Source: Cycas panzhihuaensis (Eukaryota > Plantae > Cycadophyta). Taken from it: 64,000 bases of DNA. Made by a program: the position numbers and the translations under genes. Each line of letters begins with the position of its first letter. Position 1 is the stretch's first letter. The notes below the pieces were generated by a model. It saw only the letters and a program-made list of their open reading frames with translations. It did not search any database and had not been told where the DNA came from. This document shows, piece by piece, positions 27,452 to 40,675 of the stretch. Location: positions 139,507,741 through 139,571,740 of the forward strand of contig CM041465.1 in the NCBI GenBank assembly GCA_023213395.1. The letters are read 5' to 3'.

Positions 27452-29850
27452 TACCTAAAGACTAATATAAAATTGTCTTTCCAATACACCATAGCAACTT
27501 CAAATTTCATGTCATGCCTTTTGGATTATGCAATGTATTGGCCCCATTTCAATTCCTAATGAACAACGTATTTCTCCCATACCTTAGGAACATTTTTATT
27601 ATTTTCTTTGATGATATTCTCATTTATACCATAGGCATGGCCATTCATACTTGCCATTTAGAGACAATCCTAAAAATTTTGACTAAATACTAATTATATG
27701 CCAAGCTCTCTAAATGTAAGTTTGGTAAGTCTGAACTATGATACCTTAACCATATTATCTTCATGAAAGGTGTTCAAGTTAACCTTGATAAAATAGGAAT
27801 TATTACAAGGTAGCCAACCCCAAAAAACCTTACCTAGTTGCATACTTTCTTAGGGTTTATTGGATTCTATAGGCAATTTGTCTAGAATTATTCAACCTTA
27901 ATGATACCATTAACTAATTTACTCTAAAAAGATTCTTTCCAATGGTCACCTACTTTCCTAATGATGTCTTTATTCACCTTAAAGAAGTCATGTCCTCCAC
28001 TTTGGCCTTGGCTACACTAAACTTATCTCAACCATTCTAACTAGAATGTGATGCATTAGGTTTTGGCTTAGGTGTGGTTCTTATACATAAACAATACCTA
28101 ATTACTTTTAAAAGTAAAAAATTTAAATACGATGAGCATAGGTTATCAACCTACTAAAAAGAAATGAAGACCATTCTCCATGCCATTGAGAAATGGTGAC
28201 AATATCTTATTGGATCAAAATTTATTACCCTAACCAATCACCATAGCCTCTATCACCTATTAAATGAACTAGTTTTGTCTAAGGAATAGTCTAAATGGGT
28301 TGAGTACCTCTAGGTTTTTGACTTTATGATCACTTATAAGAAAATCCAAGACAAGGTAGTGGTGAATGTTCTTTCTTACCTCTCAACTAACTTATCCCTT
28401 ATTCCTTCATAGGAATCCTCTATTCATGCCACCTCCTCAACCTATCCCACATGAGTATAAAAGCTAGATTAGGAAAATCAATCCCAGCCACATTATGAGA
28501 AATAGATCAACAACGTTCACACTAAAAAAATTAGTCTATATAGAACAATCTCCTTCTATATAGAAAGTGCATATTTGTCTACCTAGCCTTTAACTTTATT
28601 CCTCAAATCTTAGTAGAGTACCACTCTACTCTATTTAGAGGCTATTTTAAATTTGATGAATCTTATCAAAATATTTGTTTTAATTTTTTTGTGATACACA
28701 TAAAATCATCTATTATAATATTTATTTTGGAATGTGATACATATCCGCATAATAAAGTCCATACTAAAGTCCAACTAAGTATGTTATAACCATTCAATAT
28801 TTTGCAAGGGAAATGGCAAGATATTGCCATGGACTTCATCATAGGTCTACCTCTATCTATAGGGTATGACTCCATATTAGTGGTCATTGACTACGTGATA
28901 AAATATGCACATTCTTTTCTATTACACACTTCATATAAAGTATTATATATTACAATTCTATACCTCCAAATGATATTCTATTTACATGGATTTTTGTCAT
29001 CCAAAGTTTACCAACTTCTTTTAGTAAGAGATATTTTGAGCCTTAGGTACATTATTCAACATAAGTTTTATCTATCACCCCTAAATAGATAGCCAATTAA
29101 AAGTTCTTAATAAACTAATAAAAACTTATTTATGTTGTTATGGATATAAACACTAGATAAGATGGTCATCATGGCTAGCCTTAGTAAAATATTGGTATAA
29201 TTCCTCTCACCTCTTAGCCATAGGGATGTCTCCATTTATAGCTCTTTATGGTTACTCACTACCATCCCCCCATATATTAGCAACTAATCTCTATATCATG
29301 GTTATACAAAAAGAACTATAACATATGGACTAAATTCTAGGTACCTTTTAGCAAAAGCTAGTCATAGCTTAGAATTGAATGAAGTAGTTAGCATATGACC
29401 ACTATTTAGATTGTTCTTTTACCATTGGTGATCTTTATTCTTATGACTTCAATTATATAAGTAATAATCTCTCAAGTATCATGGAAATCATAAGCTTAGT
29501 CCTTATTACTATGGCCCAAGTCTTTTAACATGTTAGTGAAGTGGCCTATACTTTAGAACTCCTACCCAATACCAAGATCCCTAATATCTTCCATGTTTCT
29601 TATCTTAAGAAATGTCTTGGTAAGGGTAAGATTCTATAAATAGTCCTTCCTATCTTGGATAAATAATAAACTCTTACTATTCCTCTAGAATGTATCTTAT
29701 CCAGTAGACAATGTCATCTCCAAAATAGGATAATTATTGAGCATTTGATATAGTGGGCTAGATGTAAAATATATGAGGTGGCTTGGGAATCAATAGATTT
29801 TATTAAGCAACATCCACATATCCTTTACTCCAGGGACTCAACATCTCAAT
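27452..29850 (+). pseudogene. Chromovirus RT, RNase H, integrase and chromodomain (decayed)
   Basis: FFDDILIY, ECDALGFGLGVVL, KWQDIAMDFIIGLP..DSILVVID, KLSPYYYGP, and the chromodomain-like LECILSSRQ..EHLI*WARCKIYEVAWE. Confidence 0.92.
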
Positions 29851-29860
29851 AGAAGGGACC

Positions 29861-30252
29861 TATTACATGACTACATATAAATAATAGAACTAAAATACTA
29901 GCACTTATTGTTAAGATACTAGGAGGTTAAGTGTTAGTTATTAACTTTTGTATATGAGCCATTAAAACCACCAATGAAATATGAGGTTGTTTGGCCTACT
30001 AATAGGATTATGGTATAAAAACTCTCATTTTTCTATTGAATGGATACAAATTATAGAGAGAGGTTACTATATAATCATTTTCTCTTGTGAGATTGGTACC
30101 TCATTACTCTTTAGATCTCTTTTATGTCCATTAGAGCTTATTAGTATACTTCACTTCTATAATTCGATTCCCATTAACAATATAAGTGTTGTATTTCCTA
30201 TTTATCTTTTCCATTGTCATTTCTATATGTGAGAAAATTTGGGATAGTAACA
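29861..30252 (+). mobile_element. 3' LTR of the chromovirus
   Basis: Follows PPT agaaggg; terminal inverted repeat T(A/G)TTAC..GTAACA; internal TATAAAA. Confidence 0.7.
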
Positions 30253-30886
30253 TCTAAGTAACTAAGTACTTTAGTATCTTTGTTTTTAAGTTTTAACATT
30301 TCCCATTCTTAATTAGGTGCTAATTAAATAACATGATAAATAGGTTCAAGAACTTTATATCCTTTAGAAATAATATCCCATAAATTTCTTAATTATAAAG
30401 TTTGATTCTCCTTGATCACCAAAAATAGTTCTTTCCATTAAACTAGAGAAACTTTTAAAATTTAAAAAACTAAAGAATATCCCATTTTACAAATGGAAAT
30501 AAATCATAACATGTATAAAAATCAGCAACAAGTATGAGCAAGTAATCATAACAATCAATCATACTTAGTGTATTAACCTATATGAATTCTACTTCTTAGC
30601 TTTCTCTCATGATTATAATATAATGCATTAGCTTTGAAGTAAAATTTTTCTATCAATATAGCATCAAAATACCTCAAATCATAGCTCAAACTACAGTACT
30701 CTGAGTTAGGATTCCAATAGTTTGGATGGTCTAAAAAATAGATTCCTAGTTGAGAAGATATTAATAAAATAATGTAGGTAGCTTTTATAGAAGTAAAATT
30801 AAACTTCATAGGGTTTAACCCCTCTTACTAACTGACGATTAGTCACATTAATGTTGTATAAAACTGGGGGATTAACCATTAGGAGG

Positions 30887-33800
30887 TGCTAAAATAGGTA
30901 TCATGTACAAAATCAACAGGAAATTATTAAGCATTCACAGAAAGAAATTAACATTGTACACGTACATATTTTTGGCAGGTGGAAAACCACTTCTGGGGAA
31001 GAAAAACCACCTCTAAAAGTATGAGTTTATTAGCTGAAATATCTTACATAGACTTGAAGATTAGAACTAACCAGAGATACCTTCTACATATCAAGCTAAT
31101 GATGGAAACTAGCCTTCAGGTAAGCTTATAACAGCCTCCTAGATTCCTAGAACAACCCTTAGAATCTAGGAGAGGCTAATTAAACAATGAGAGGTTTGTT
31201 GAAATGGGTAGTTGCTCATTTTAATGACCTTTACATAATAAATAATAATTAACATTAACTTTATTAAATGAATCTTTACATAACTTAAATTTATATTTAG
31301 ACATGTGATAAAAAAGTAACATTAGTTTTTTTAACATCCCCCTTTAATGTTAACTTTTTGTACAATGAAGAAGATAAAGAAAGTCTTTATCATGTTGATC
31401 CCCCTTTGATGGAGACTTCTTTTATCTTTAGAAAATCTTACAGGTTTAGAAACTTAATTTCAGTTAATGACTTGGTAAGAATATCAGTAACCTATAAATC
31501 TGTAGGAAAATAAAGCAAATGAATAATATTGTTAATAACAAGATTATAAATAAAATGTTGATGTAATTCTATGTGTTTAGTTCTAGAATGAGCAACTGGA
31601 TTGGTAGCAATAGCAATAGCACCTTGATTATCAACTTTAATTTCTATAGAAGAGTTAAGAAACATACCAATTTCATTTAAGAGAGATTTGATCCAAAGTG
31701 CTTCTTTGTTTACTTTAATGAGTACTTGATATTCAACTTCGATTGTTGATAGAGCTAGAGCCTACATTTTTTTACTATACCATGTGATAGGTGAGGAATC
31801 TAAAAAAAACACATAAGTTACTATTAACTTACAATCATTTGAGTTGCCTTCCCAATCTGAATCAGTATACCCTGTTAAAGTTAGAGGATTACTACAAGAA
31901 TTATAAGTTAGGCCATAAAAAATAGTATTTTGAAGATATTAAAGAATACATTGAGCAGCTTTCCAGTGTGATTCATGTGGTTTTTACATATAACACGAAC
32001 ATAAAGTAACAACATAAGATATATTTAGTTAAGTATATGTTAAATAGATAAGGTTGCCAATAAGCTGCCTATATAAAGTTGGATCATAAAGTGGTGTAGA
32101 ATAATTAGTAGATAATTTAACTTATGATTGTAAAGGATTAGAATCTGGTTTAGTATTTTTCATGTTAAACCATTTTATCAGGTCTAAAATATATTTTAGT
32201 TGAGATATGGTTATTTTTGAATTATGTTAGTAAATTTGTAATCTGAGAAAATAATGTAGAAGACCTAGATCAGTCATTTCAAATTTATTCATCAAGGTTG
32301 TTTTTAGTTGATGAATACTATTATTTGAAGATCTTGTGATGATAATATCATCAACATATAGAATTAATATGGTAATATTCATATCTTCATGTTTAAAATA
32401 GAGATTTAGATTATTGATACATCTAGTGTATCCAATTTGAATTAGGTAATCATCAACTTATGTATACCAAGCTCGATGAGTTTGTTTCAATCCATAGATG
32501 AATTTCTTTAGTTTACAAACTAAGTTAAGGTTGTCAATAAAACTAGGAGGTTGAGTCATGTATATTTCTTCTTTGAGATCACCATTTAAAAAATGCTCTT
32601 AACATCTATTTAATGGATTTCCCAACCAAATTTGGCTGTTAGAGCAATAACAGTTTTAATAGTATTCATCTTTGTAATAGGTGCGAAGGTTTTATTATAG
32701 TCTATACCATTGATTTGAGAGAATCCTTTCATAATTAGGCGAGCTTTGTGTTTTTCAACAACTCCTGATAAATTAAATTTAGTTCGATAAACCCATTTAT
32801 AATCAACTAGATTTTTCGTTGGTGGAAGTGGAACAAGATCCCAGTTTGAATTCTTATTTAAAGCATTAATTTCAACTTGCATGGATTACTTCTATATGGG
32901 ATTATTACTAGCTTATTTAAATGTTTTAGGATTATCATTGGCCATTAGTGTATAATTAGTTTGTAATTATTGAGAACATGTTCTACTAGTATCGAAAGGA
33001 TTACTTACGTCAGATCTAACATCGGTTAGAGTTTTCTTTGCCCATATGATCTATTTGTTTGTGACTATTTCTGTAGTTATAGGTTGAGATGAAGAACTAG
33101 CTTGAAAAGAAGGATCTATTGTGGTAGGTTTAGATAGAGTCTAATTCTAGACTTATGTGGATAAGGATTCTATAGTCTTAGGGTTAGCTTATTTTTTAGA
33201 GGAGTCAACCAAATAAGTGTTAGTTAACAGATTCTCAATAGAAAGTTCTACATAAGTAGAGGTTGAAGAGGATCCTTCTTTGTCAAATATTACATCACAT
33301 AAAATTGAGATTTTTATGCGTAACTGGATCTAAAAGTCTATAAGTTTTGCTCTCTTCACTGTATCCAATGAAGATGTATTTTTTACTTTTAGGATCAAGT
33401 TTCTTGTATTTTTCTTTGGGAACGTGTCCCCATGCAATACTTCCAAAGATTCTAAGATGTTTAACTAAGGGTTTTCATCCAGACCATTTTTGTTCTAGTG
33501 TAACATTTTGTGAAGATTTACTAGGTAACAGTTTAAAAGATAGTTGAAGTAGGCAATTATTTCTACCTATAACTTTAAGTCAAGATTCTTTGCATGTAAC
33601 ATGCATAGAGTCATTTCAACTAGAGTATAATTTTTACATTCAACAACACCATTTTGTTGTGGAGTGTAAGCAACAGAATGCTGGAATTAAATGCCATGTT
33701 TCTTTACAATTATCAGATCTAAAATTTTTAATTTTTAAGTTTGATTGATTTTTTACAACTGTTTTGAATTTAATGAAGATATCAAACACTTAATTACGAG

Positions 33801-36800
33801 TCTTAAGTATGTACACCCAATGTTTTCTCAAAAAATCATCAATAAAGGTGATAAAATAACAACTGCCAGAGTAGGAAGTTATATGGAATGGTCCATATAT
33901 ATCAGAGTGAACAAGTTCAAGTAGAACTTTTACTCTAAATTAGGTCTGATGTGGAAAGGAATCCATGTGTTGTTTACTTATTACGTAGGCTTTGCAGACA
34001 CCATAGACAGTATTTAGGTGGGGAAGATCATGAACCATGCCATGTCTTTTTAGATAGTAAAGTTTGACATAGCTAGTATGGCTAAACTATGCATGCCATA
34101 ATTTACTGGCTGGGTTAGATTTGACTATAATGGCATAAAAGGACTTTGTTTTAGTATTTTGTAAACTAGTTAAGCTATAAAGACTTATTTTATGATCAAC
34201 ATATCTAGAGGAAATAGATTTGAATTTATTTAATGGTTCTTTAATAATAAATTTATCTTACCAGAATTTGACAACAAGATCTTTCTGGCAGATTTGGTAA
34301 ACAGAAAGAAGATTTGGTAACAAACCAGGCATATAGAAGACATCCTTGATTGAACCATCTTTCAGAGTGACATCACTTGATCCTTTCACTTTGAGTTGGG
34401 ATCCACTTCAAAAAAAAATCTCTTCTTCAGAGTTAGTATCAAATTGATAATTGGATAAATTCTCCTGGTGTTCTATCATGTGATGGAAAACACCAGAGTC
34501 AAGAATCCATTACGGTGATATACTAAGAGCAATGAAGGAAGAGGTGGAAGAAGTTAAAGAATGATTATATAATTAGGATCGAGTTTGAATTCCCTTAGAA
34601 GCTTTCCAAGCTTCTGAAGCTATTCTATTTCTACAGACATCAATGGTGTGGCTTTTTTTATGGTAATAGGCACAACTGATGTTCTATGAAGGATTAATAG
34701 TGTTCTATTTTGGAAGAGATTATTTAGACGTATTCTGATATTTAGGTGTACTAGAGACTTAGTGTTGTTTTGATAACTAAGAGGTGGACCTCTATGAGGT
34801 TTTTGGAATTTTGGATTACTATTAAAGTTGTTCTGATATTTGGTTTTATTTTGAGGCTTAGTTTTAGAAAAGAAAGCCTGAGAAGAATCTTTTAATTTAC
34901 CTGTTTGAATTAACATCATTTGATATTCTATCAGTTGGTTTATCAACTGATTAAAAGTTATCAGAGGATTACCAGCTTGTTGTCTGGCAATCTTGAAAAG
35001 ATTAAAGTGTTTTGGTAGTTTGTTTATCATAAGATGAATAAGCGTATCATTGTCTTTAGCATGTGTGACTATTTGTTCTTTATCTCCTACTTTAATTGTA
35101 ATTTTAATATAGTTACCTAGATCTTTATTGATTAGTTGAATTTTGGATAAAAAGTCTTTGACTTTGGAAAAATCATCATAATTAAGGTCATATAATTACT
35201 ATTCTAGGACAACTAATTATTGTGTGTCGACCTTATCATATGTCTCCTTAAGAGTATTCCAGATAGTGGCTAGATTGTCTGTATCAGAGAACTACCGACT
35301 AATTTTTAGTGATAAAGATATTAGGATGGTGCCTAGGGCTGCATTAAAGTTCATCAGATATACCATATGGCTTTTTGAAGTTGTGTCTTTTGGTTTTTTG
35401 AATTTACCTGTTACATATCACCATATCTTCTGTTGTTTAAGTTGATGGGGAATGTGATTTCTCTAGTCAGCATAGTTTGAGCTGTTTAATAATGGAATCA
35501 GAATACAGGTGGTTGCCCTTAGCATTAGTGTCGTATTGGGAATTGAAAATATTGATTAGAAGTCTATTTGAGTCAAAAAATTTAGAGAATCTAGATGAAG
35601 AAGTATAGGTGATAAAAGTCACATAAAAAATTACTAAACATCAGAGTAATCCTATTAATATTTCATTGATGATTAACAGACATATTTAATCGAATGATAA
35701 GAAATTGAAAATCATTGTTATTTAAGTTTGTTTGGATATCCTTCCCTAGAGAAAAAGAATTAAATATTCCCTTTTTTGAAAAAACATGTTAATAGTCCCC
35801 CTTGTTGTTTTAAAGAAATATATTGAAGAATAAATTACTTGTTCAATTACAAGCAAAAGAATTTAAGTGTTAAATAGAAGCAAATTGAAATTAAATAGTG
35901 AGGCAAAAGAGGTATTAATTAAGCTATATTATAGGATGGGGGTTAAGCCCTTTTAAAAGGATAAGTTTTAGTCACTTTAAATGCTATATTACTTAAATAT
36001 TTAATTAATTATTAAAAGAATAAAGAAAAGGAGGGGGATGAGTTTAATTGATTAATACATTAAGATAAGTAGAGAGTGTTAATCATTTTATAAATGAAAT
36101 GTAATATGGGGGGTTAATGATTAACGAATTAAATATAATAAAGGGGAGTTTGTTAATTGTAGTAAAGGAGATTTTAATTAATAAATGGTGTACATATACA
36201 TAATTGCTTTAATATATAAAGGTAACAAAAGAGGGTATTAATAATTTGATAAATTATGTGTAATAGGGGAGGGATAATATCAAAATGTAGTAAGGGGGGG
36301 TTTAATGTTAATATTGATTAAATTAAATCAAAATATAACTAAGGGATGACGGACACGACAAGTTTATAAAAAATGGAAAATCTTGCAAATGAAAAAATGT
36401 TAGAGCATTTTTTTATTTTATTCGGGATCTATATGTTTAGGGTTTACTTGGTTCGAGTAGGTGATGATGATGGCAGTGTTGTTCTAGTTCTTCATCTTCA
36501 TTGTTCGTATCAATGAAAGTAGGTTCAACCTCGAAGCATCCCTCATCTAGGTCCCTGGTTCTACCTGTAGGCATTTTCGTTTTGGCATTCGAGTTAGTGA
36601 CTAGATCTTTGGCTCAACAGAAGTGACAACGGTCAATGGTTCGATAGGTCTAGCTTCGTGGTTATGGAGACCACTGGTTGGAAGCTAAGCTGTAGGCGGT
36701 TTAGGCATTTCTCTAGATGGGTGTTCTCTTTTTCATCTACATGAGGAAGATGTCTTTATCTCATTATTTCGCTTACAATGGTGGGCTTTAATCTCTTGCC

Positions 36801-37942
36801 TTGGAGAAAAAAAATGGTAATACAGACAATGCAGGTTTCTCAAATATGGGCAGGGCATCTCTATCTCCAGTAGTCGTTGGAAATTCAATGACATTTAACA
36901 TTTGGAAGGAAGAGGATGTACCTCAACAGGTCTATTTTTTGGTGAAGTTTCAAATATTACACTAGTAGATAACCTACCTGCTAAATAGGGAACTTCCCCC
37001 TCCATAATATTATATTTTATGAGAGTGCCCTATGTGGCCTATATGGTATCATGGTTTTGAATCCAGGACCTATAAAAACCTTATTAGGGTGATTTCATTA
37101 CAAAAAGAAAAATAAAGCTTCATATCCACAAAGCTATTCTTATTTGTAGAGGAGTTGATTCAGTATGTTATTCAATGCTCAGTTCCTTCGTTTAAGATGG
37201 TGGGCATCTTTTTCAAGTAGAGCCATTCATCTTCTCTTCCTCCATTTAAGATGGTAGGCATTTGGCTGCACTCTTCAAATCAATGCTTTGTAACCTTTAT
37301 TTATCTCAAAGGTTAATACAACTACAATTGCTCTGGTAATGGCTTTAGATACATAGAGGTTTGTCTATTAATTTTTGGGAATCTTCTTTTCTCCTTTAAC
37401 CCCTTTGCAAATAGCAATTTGTAATTGGTACTGCATGTTAAAATCTTCATGCTAATTCATGAGAGACATCGATAGACCCTACTATGATACCATGCTAAAA
37501 TAGGTATCATGTACAAAATCAGTAGGAAATTATTAAGTATTCACAGAAAGAAATTGACATTGTACACGTATACATTTTTGGCAGGCGGAAAACCCCTTCT
37601 GGGGATGAGAAACCACCTCTGAAAGTATGAGTTTATTAGCTGAAATCTCTTACATAGACTTGAAGATCAAACCTGACCAGAGATACCTTCTACATACCAA
37701 GCTAATGATGGAAACCAACCTTCAGACAGGCTTATGACAGCCTTCTAGATTCCTGGAACAACTCCTAGAATCTAGGAGAGGCTAATTAAATAATGAAAGG
37801 TTCGTTGAAATGGACAGTTGCTCATTTTAATAACCTTTGCATAATAAATAATAATTAACATTAACTTTATAAAATGAACCTTTACATAACTTAAATTTAT
37901 ATTTAGACATGTGATCAAAAAGTAACATTAGCTTTTCTAATA
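30887..37942 (-). mobile_element. Full-length decayed Ty1/copia element
   Basis: 450-bp LTRs at 30887-31336 and 37493-37942; perfect TSD ggagg; PPT at 31337; PBS actatgatacca at 37481-37492. Confidence 0.96.
31420..35525 (-). pseudogene. Copia gag-pol
   Basis: gag IPLLNSSNYAD*R; protease WILDSGVFHHM; INT LVHSDIYGPF and YTPQQNGVVE; RT WDLVPLP..KHKARLIMKGFSQINGIDY and LYVDDIII; RH GYTDSDWEG, RTKHIEL, DILTKSL. Confidence 0.95.
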
Positions 37943-38882
37943 GGAGGCTAGCATACTATAAAACATATTTCAATTAGATTTAACTAAACATAAACTTTGT
38001 AAAAAAATATATAGTCAATGTTAAATTTTGTAAAGTTAGATGATCTTTAACTGGTGATTAGCAACAATTACTTTTTTATATAATTTCTTAAAAAACCAAC
38101 TAATTATCTTTAGATCTTTGGATGAACTCTAAATTTCTCATATCAATATCCTAATCTTTATTCTTTAGCTTGAGTGAGTATGGGAGAGGATAAACAAAGT
38201 GATCAAAGAGGAGGATAAAGAACTTCCCATGAAAGCTACATGGATGGGCTTGCATTATGATCTTCATGAGAAATGATCTACAAGGAAGGGTTCTTATTAT
38301 AGGTTACAAAGATACATAGAGGACTTCCTTCAAACAATGAAATGTTATATAGTGATTCTTCAAATAATAAAGGTTCAATAAGTAATGGTCATAGAGATGT
38401 AGAGGAGGTGACAACTACACATATGTAAGGGCTTCATAGTGTCAGTAGTACTCACTCAAATATAGGATGACTATCATGTAGGGAAGGTTCAATTTATAGG
38501 AAATGATTATAGATATGCTTTATAGAGTCATATGAATAAATAGAGATTTAGGTAAGGTTTCCCTCTAATTTTGAGCATAGACATCACAAATGTCTTTTCA
38601 TTAAATGGAGGAGTTACACAGTATGATGTTAAACTTCATAGCTCTCATAATTGTTGACAAGTACATAGAGAAATTTTATAGATAGGGCCACCAAATAAAA
38701 AGTGAGCCTAAATAGAGCAAAGTAGAGAGAAACAACCTCAAATGAAGTTAAATGGTGTTTTGGTATATATACATAATGGCTTCAAACAACATCAATGGTC
38801 TCTAAATGACCTTAAAATGGATAAAATTTTCTCATACTTTTGCAAGTTAGGGTTTTTACTTCAAACCCTTTTATTCACCTTA

Positions 38883-39215
38883 GCTTTGATACCATATTAG
38901 AATTTATGAATTTACTTTGATATCATGATAAAGCAATAATTGATAAAATAGTAAATGATTGAATATAAATGAATAAATAATAGAATATAATAAGTAAAAT
39001 AACACTACAATAAAAAAATGGTATTATGAGATATCTTCATTTTTTGATTTTTCAGAATATTACATGATACATAATAAAATCTTATGTATGATTGATGTAT
39101 TTATGTAATAGAATTTATTTTTGATATGGGGCCTACTACTTTTATGGCTTACATAGATAAATGTATATTAACTAATTATATCCTTATTTTTCTCTCATAT
39201 ATTAATATTCTAACA
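38883..39215 (-). mobile_element. Orphan 5' end: PBS (38883-38894) and LTR (38895-39215)
   Basis: gctttgatacca followed by T(A)TTAGAAT..ATTCTAACA inverted termini; no partner LTR found in the window. Confidence 0.75.
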
Positions 39216-39596
39216 AAAATTTATTCATTTATGTATACATCTAATACTAAAGTACTAATTATTTATTATACAAATTAGTACTCAATATGTTTTATTCTAT
39301 AAAATAAGGAGGAAAGACCAAGATCAACTACCATCGTGAAGAAGTATAGTAAATAAATAAGTTAAGTATTACCCCTTTTGGGTGTAGTAGTAAAGAAAAA
39401 TTTTGAACTCAATATTGAGGTGGTCTCAATAAGACCTACTCTACATATAAAGTCTATTCAAAAGTTTTATTAGTTGGTATATTTTATAAAATTTATTGGG
39501 AGCATTAAATGAATGACTTTTGAAGGAGCTATGATAATAGTTATTATTTGGCACTAAAAGGTTGTTATATAATAGAAATAATATGAAAGATAAAGT

Positions 39597-40675
39597 TATT
39601 AGAATTGGAAATACAAACTATACAATAAAAAATTTAATGGTGAGTGAATGATAAAACAATAAAGTATAAGAGAGATGAAGTATATACATAATAAGCACCA
39701 TATGTGGAGAATTGGCTAAAACTCAATTAGAGAGAATGAAATGTATATACTTATAATACATGCTTACCATTAGTGAGAGAACTCCATTAGTTGACTTAGA
39801 GGTGACATACATCTCTAGGTGGCCCACAACCTCTAATATAAGAATATAAGGAATAGAGAGAGCTTACATAGGATTAAGGTATGTAATTGGGTATTACACC
39901 TAACATTCCCCCCTGTAATAGTCAATTACATAAAAGATTATTACATCAAATGATAAGCTCAAGTCTTCAAAAATATACTAGATTAAATGCTACTACACAT
40001 GAATAAAAAGATGCTAATGTCCATATGAAGCAAAGTCCATCTACCAAAGTGCATGGGTCCTCAGTCGATACAACTACCAATTGAATATGAACTCCCTTTG
40101 TATATGTGGATCAATTAGTAGTTGGTAAAAGTAGCTATAAAAAGGTCACACCCCTTGCTCATATAAGATACAAGCAAAAAAGTGTATAAATGGCATATGG
40201 TGCATGGCAAGAATAGCTTAAAAGTGTGTCCTACCTCTTGCTAAATAGGACTCTCACTTCTTTAACATCTAATGGTTAGAAATACAATAGGCTCTATGGC
40301 ATCAAATTTGCCACATGGGCTAAAATATGCCTCTTTGGGCTATATAAATACCACCATGGGCAAAATAACTAATAATAAATATTTTTACATGACTTAAAGA
40401 TGATAGATATGACTTGAGTATAATATACATGAGTCTCTCTCATTCAATAAAGTACAAAATAAACTCAATGGATTGTCAAGAGCTAAAAATTTAAACTTTG
40501 GTGTATGTTATCCCTCCATTTAGGATATATTACATCAAAAAATATCATGGAACCTCAAGAATTATATGAAAATTCCTAAAGAAGTTGAAAAAATAAGGAA
40601 AGATGAAGATTTGTTCAAAATTTCAAACTTCAAGCTAAAAACTCTACATTAAAGCAGCCTTAAAAGTCATCAAGA
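39597..40675 (-). mobile_element. Inverted copy of the 3' end (LTR 39597-39905, PPT, ~770 bp internal) of the adjacent element
   Basis: Reverse complement aligns with 43143-44227; PPT ttcccccct at 39906-39914. Confidence 0.92.

Larger units (their letters stand above)
7433..30252 (+). mobile_element. Chromovirus Ty3/gypsy element, interrupted by the 9569-27451 insertion; 5' LTR not seen in the window
   Basis: gag-PR-RT (7560-9568) resumes in register at 27452 (YYQISIAP|KD*YKIVF..VMPFGLCN), followed by RH, INT, chromodomain, PPT and 3' LTR. Confidence 0.88.

Noticed and set aside
38160-38560. Purine-rich coding-like stretch
   Set aside because: Frequent stops and no motif I can identify with confidence.
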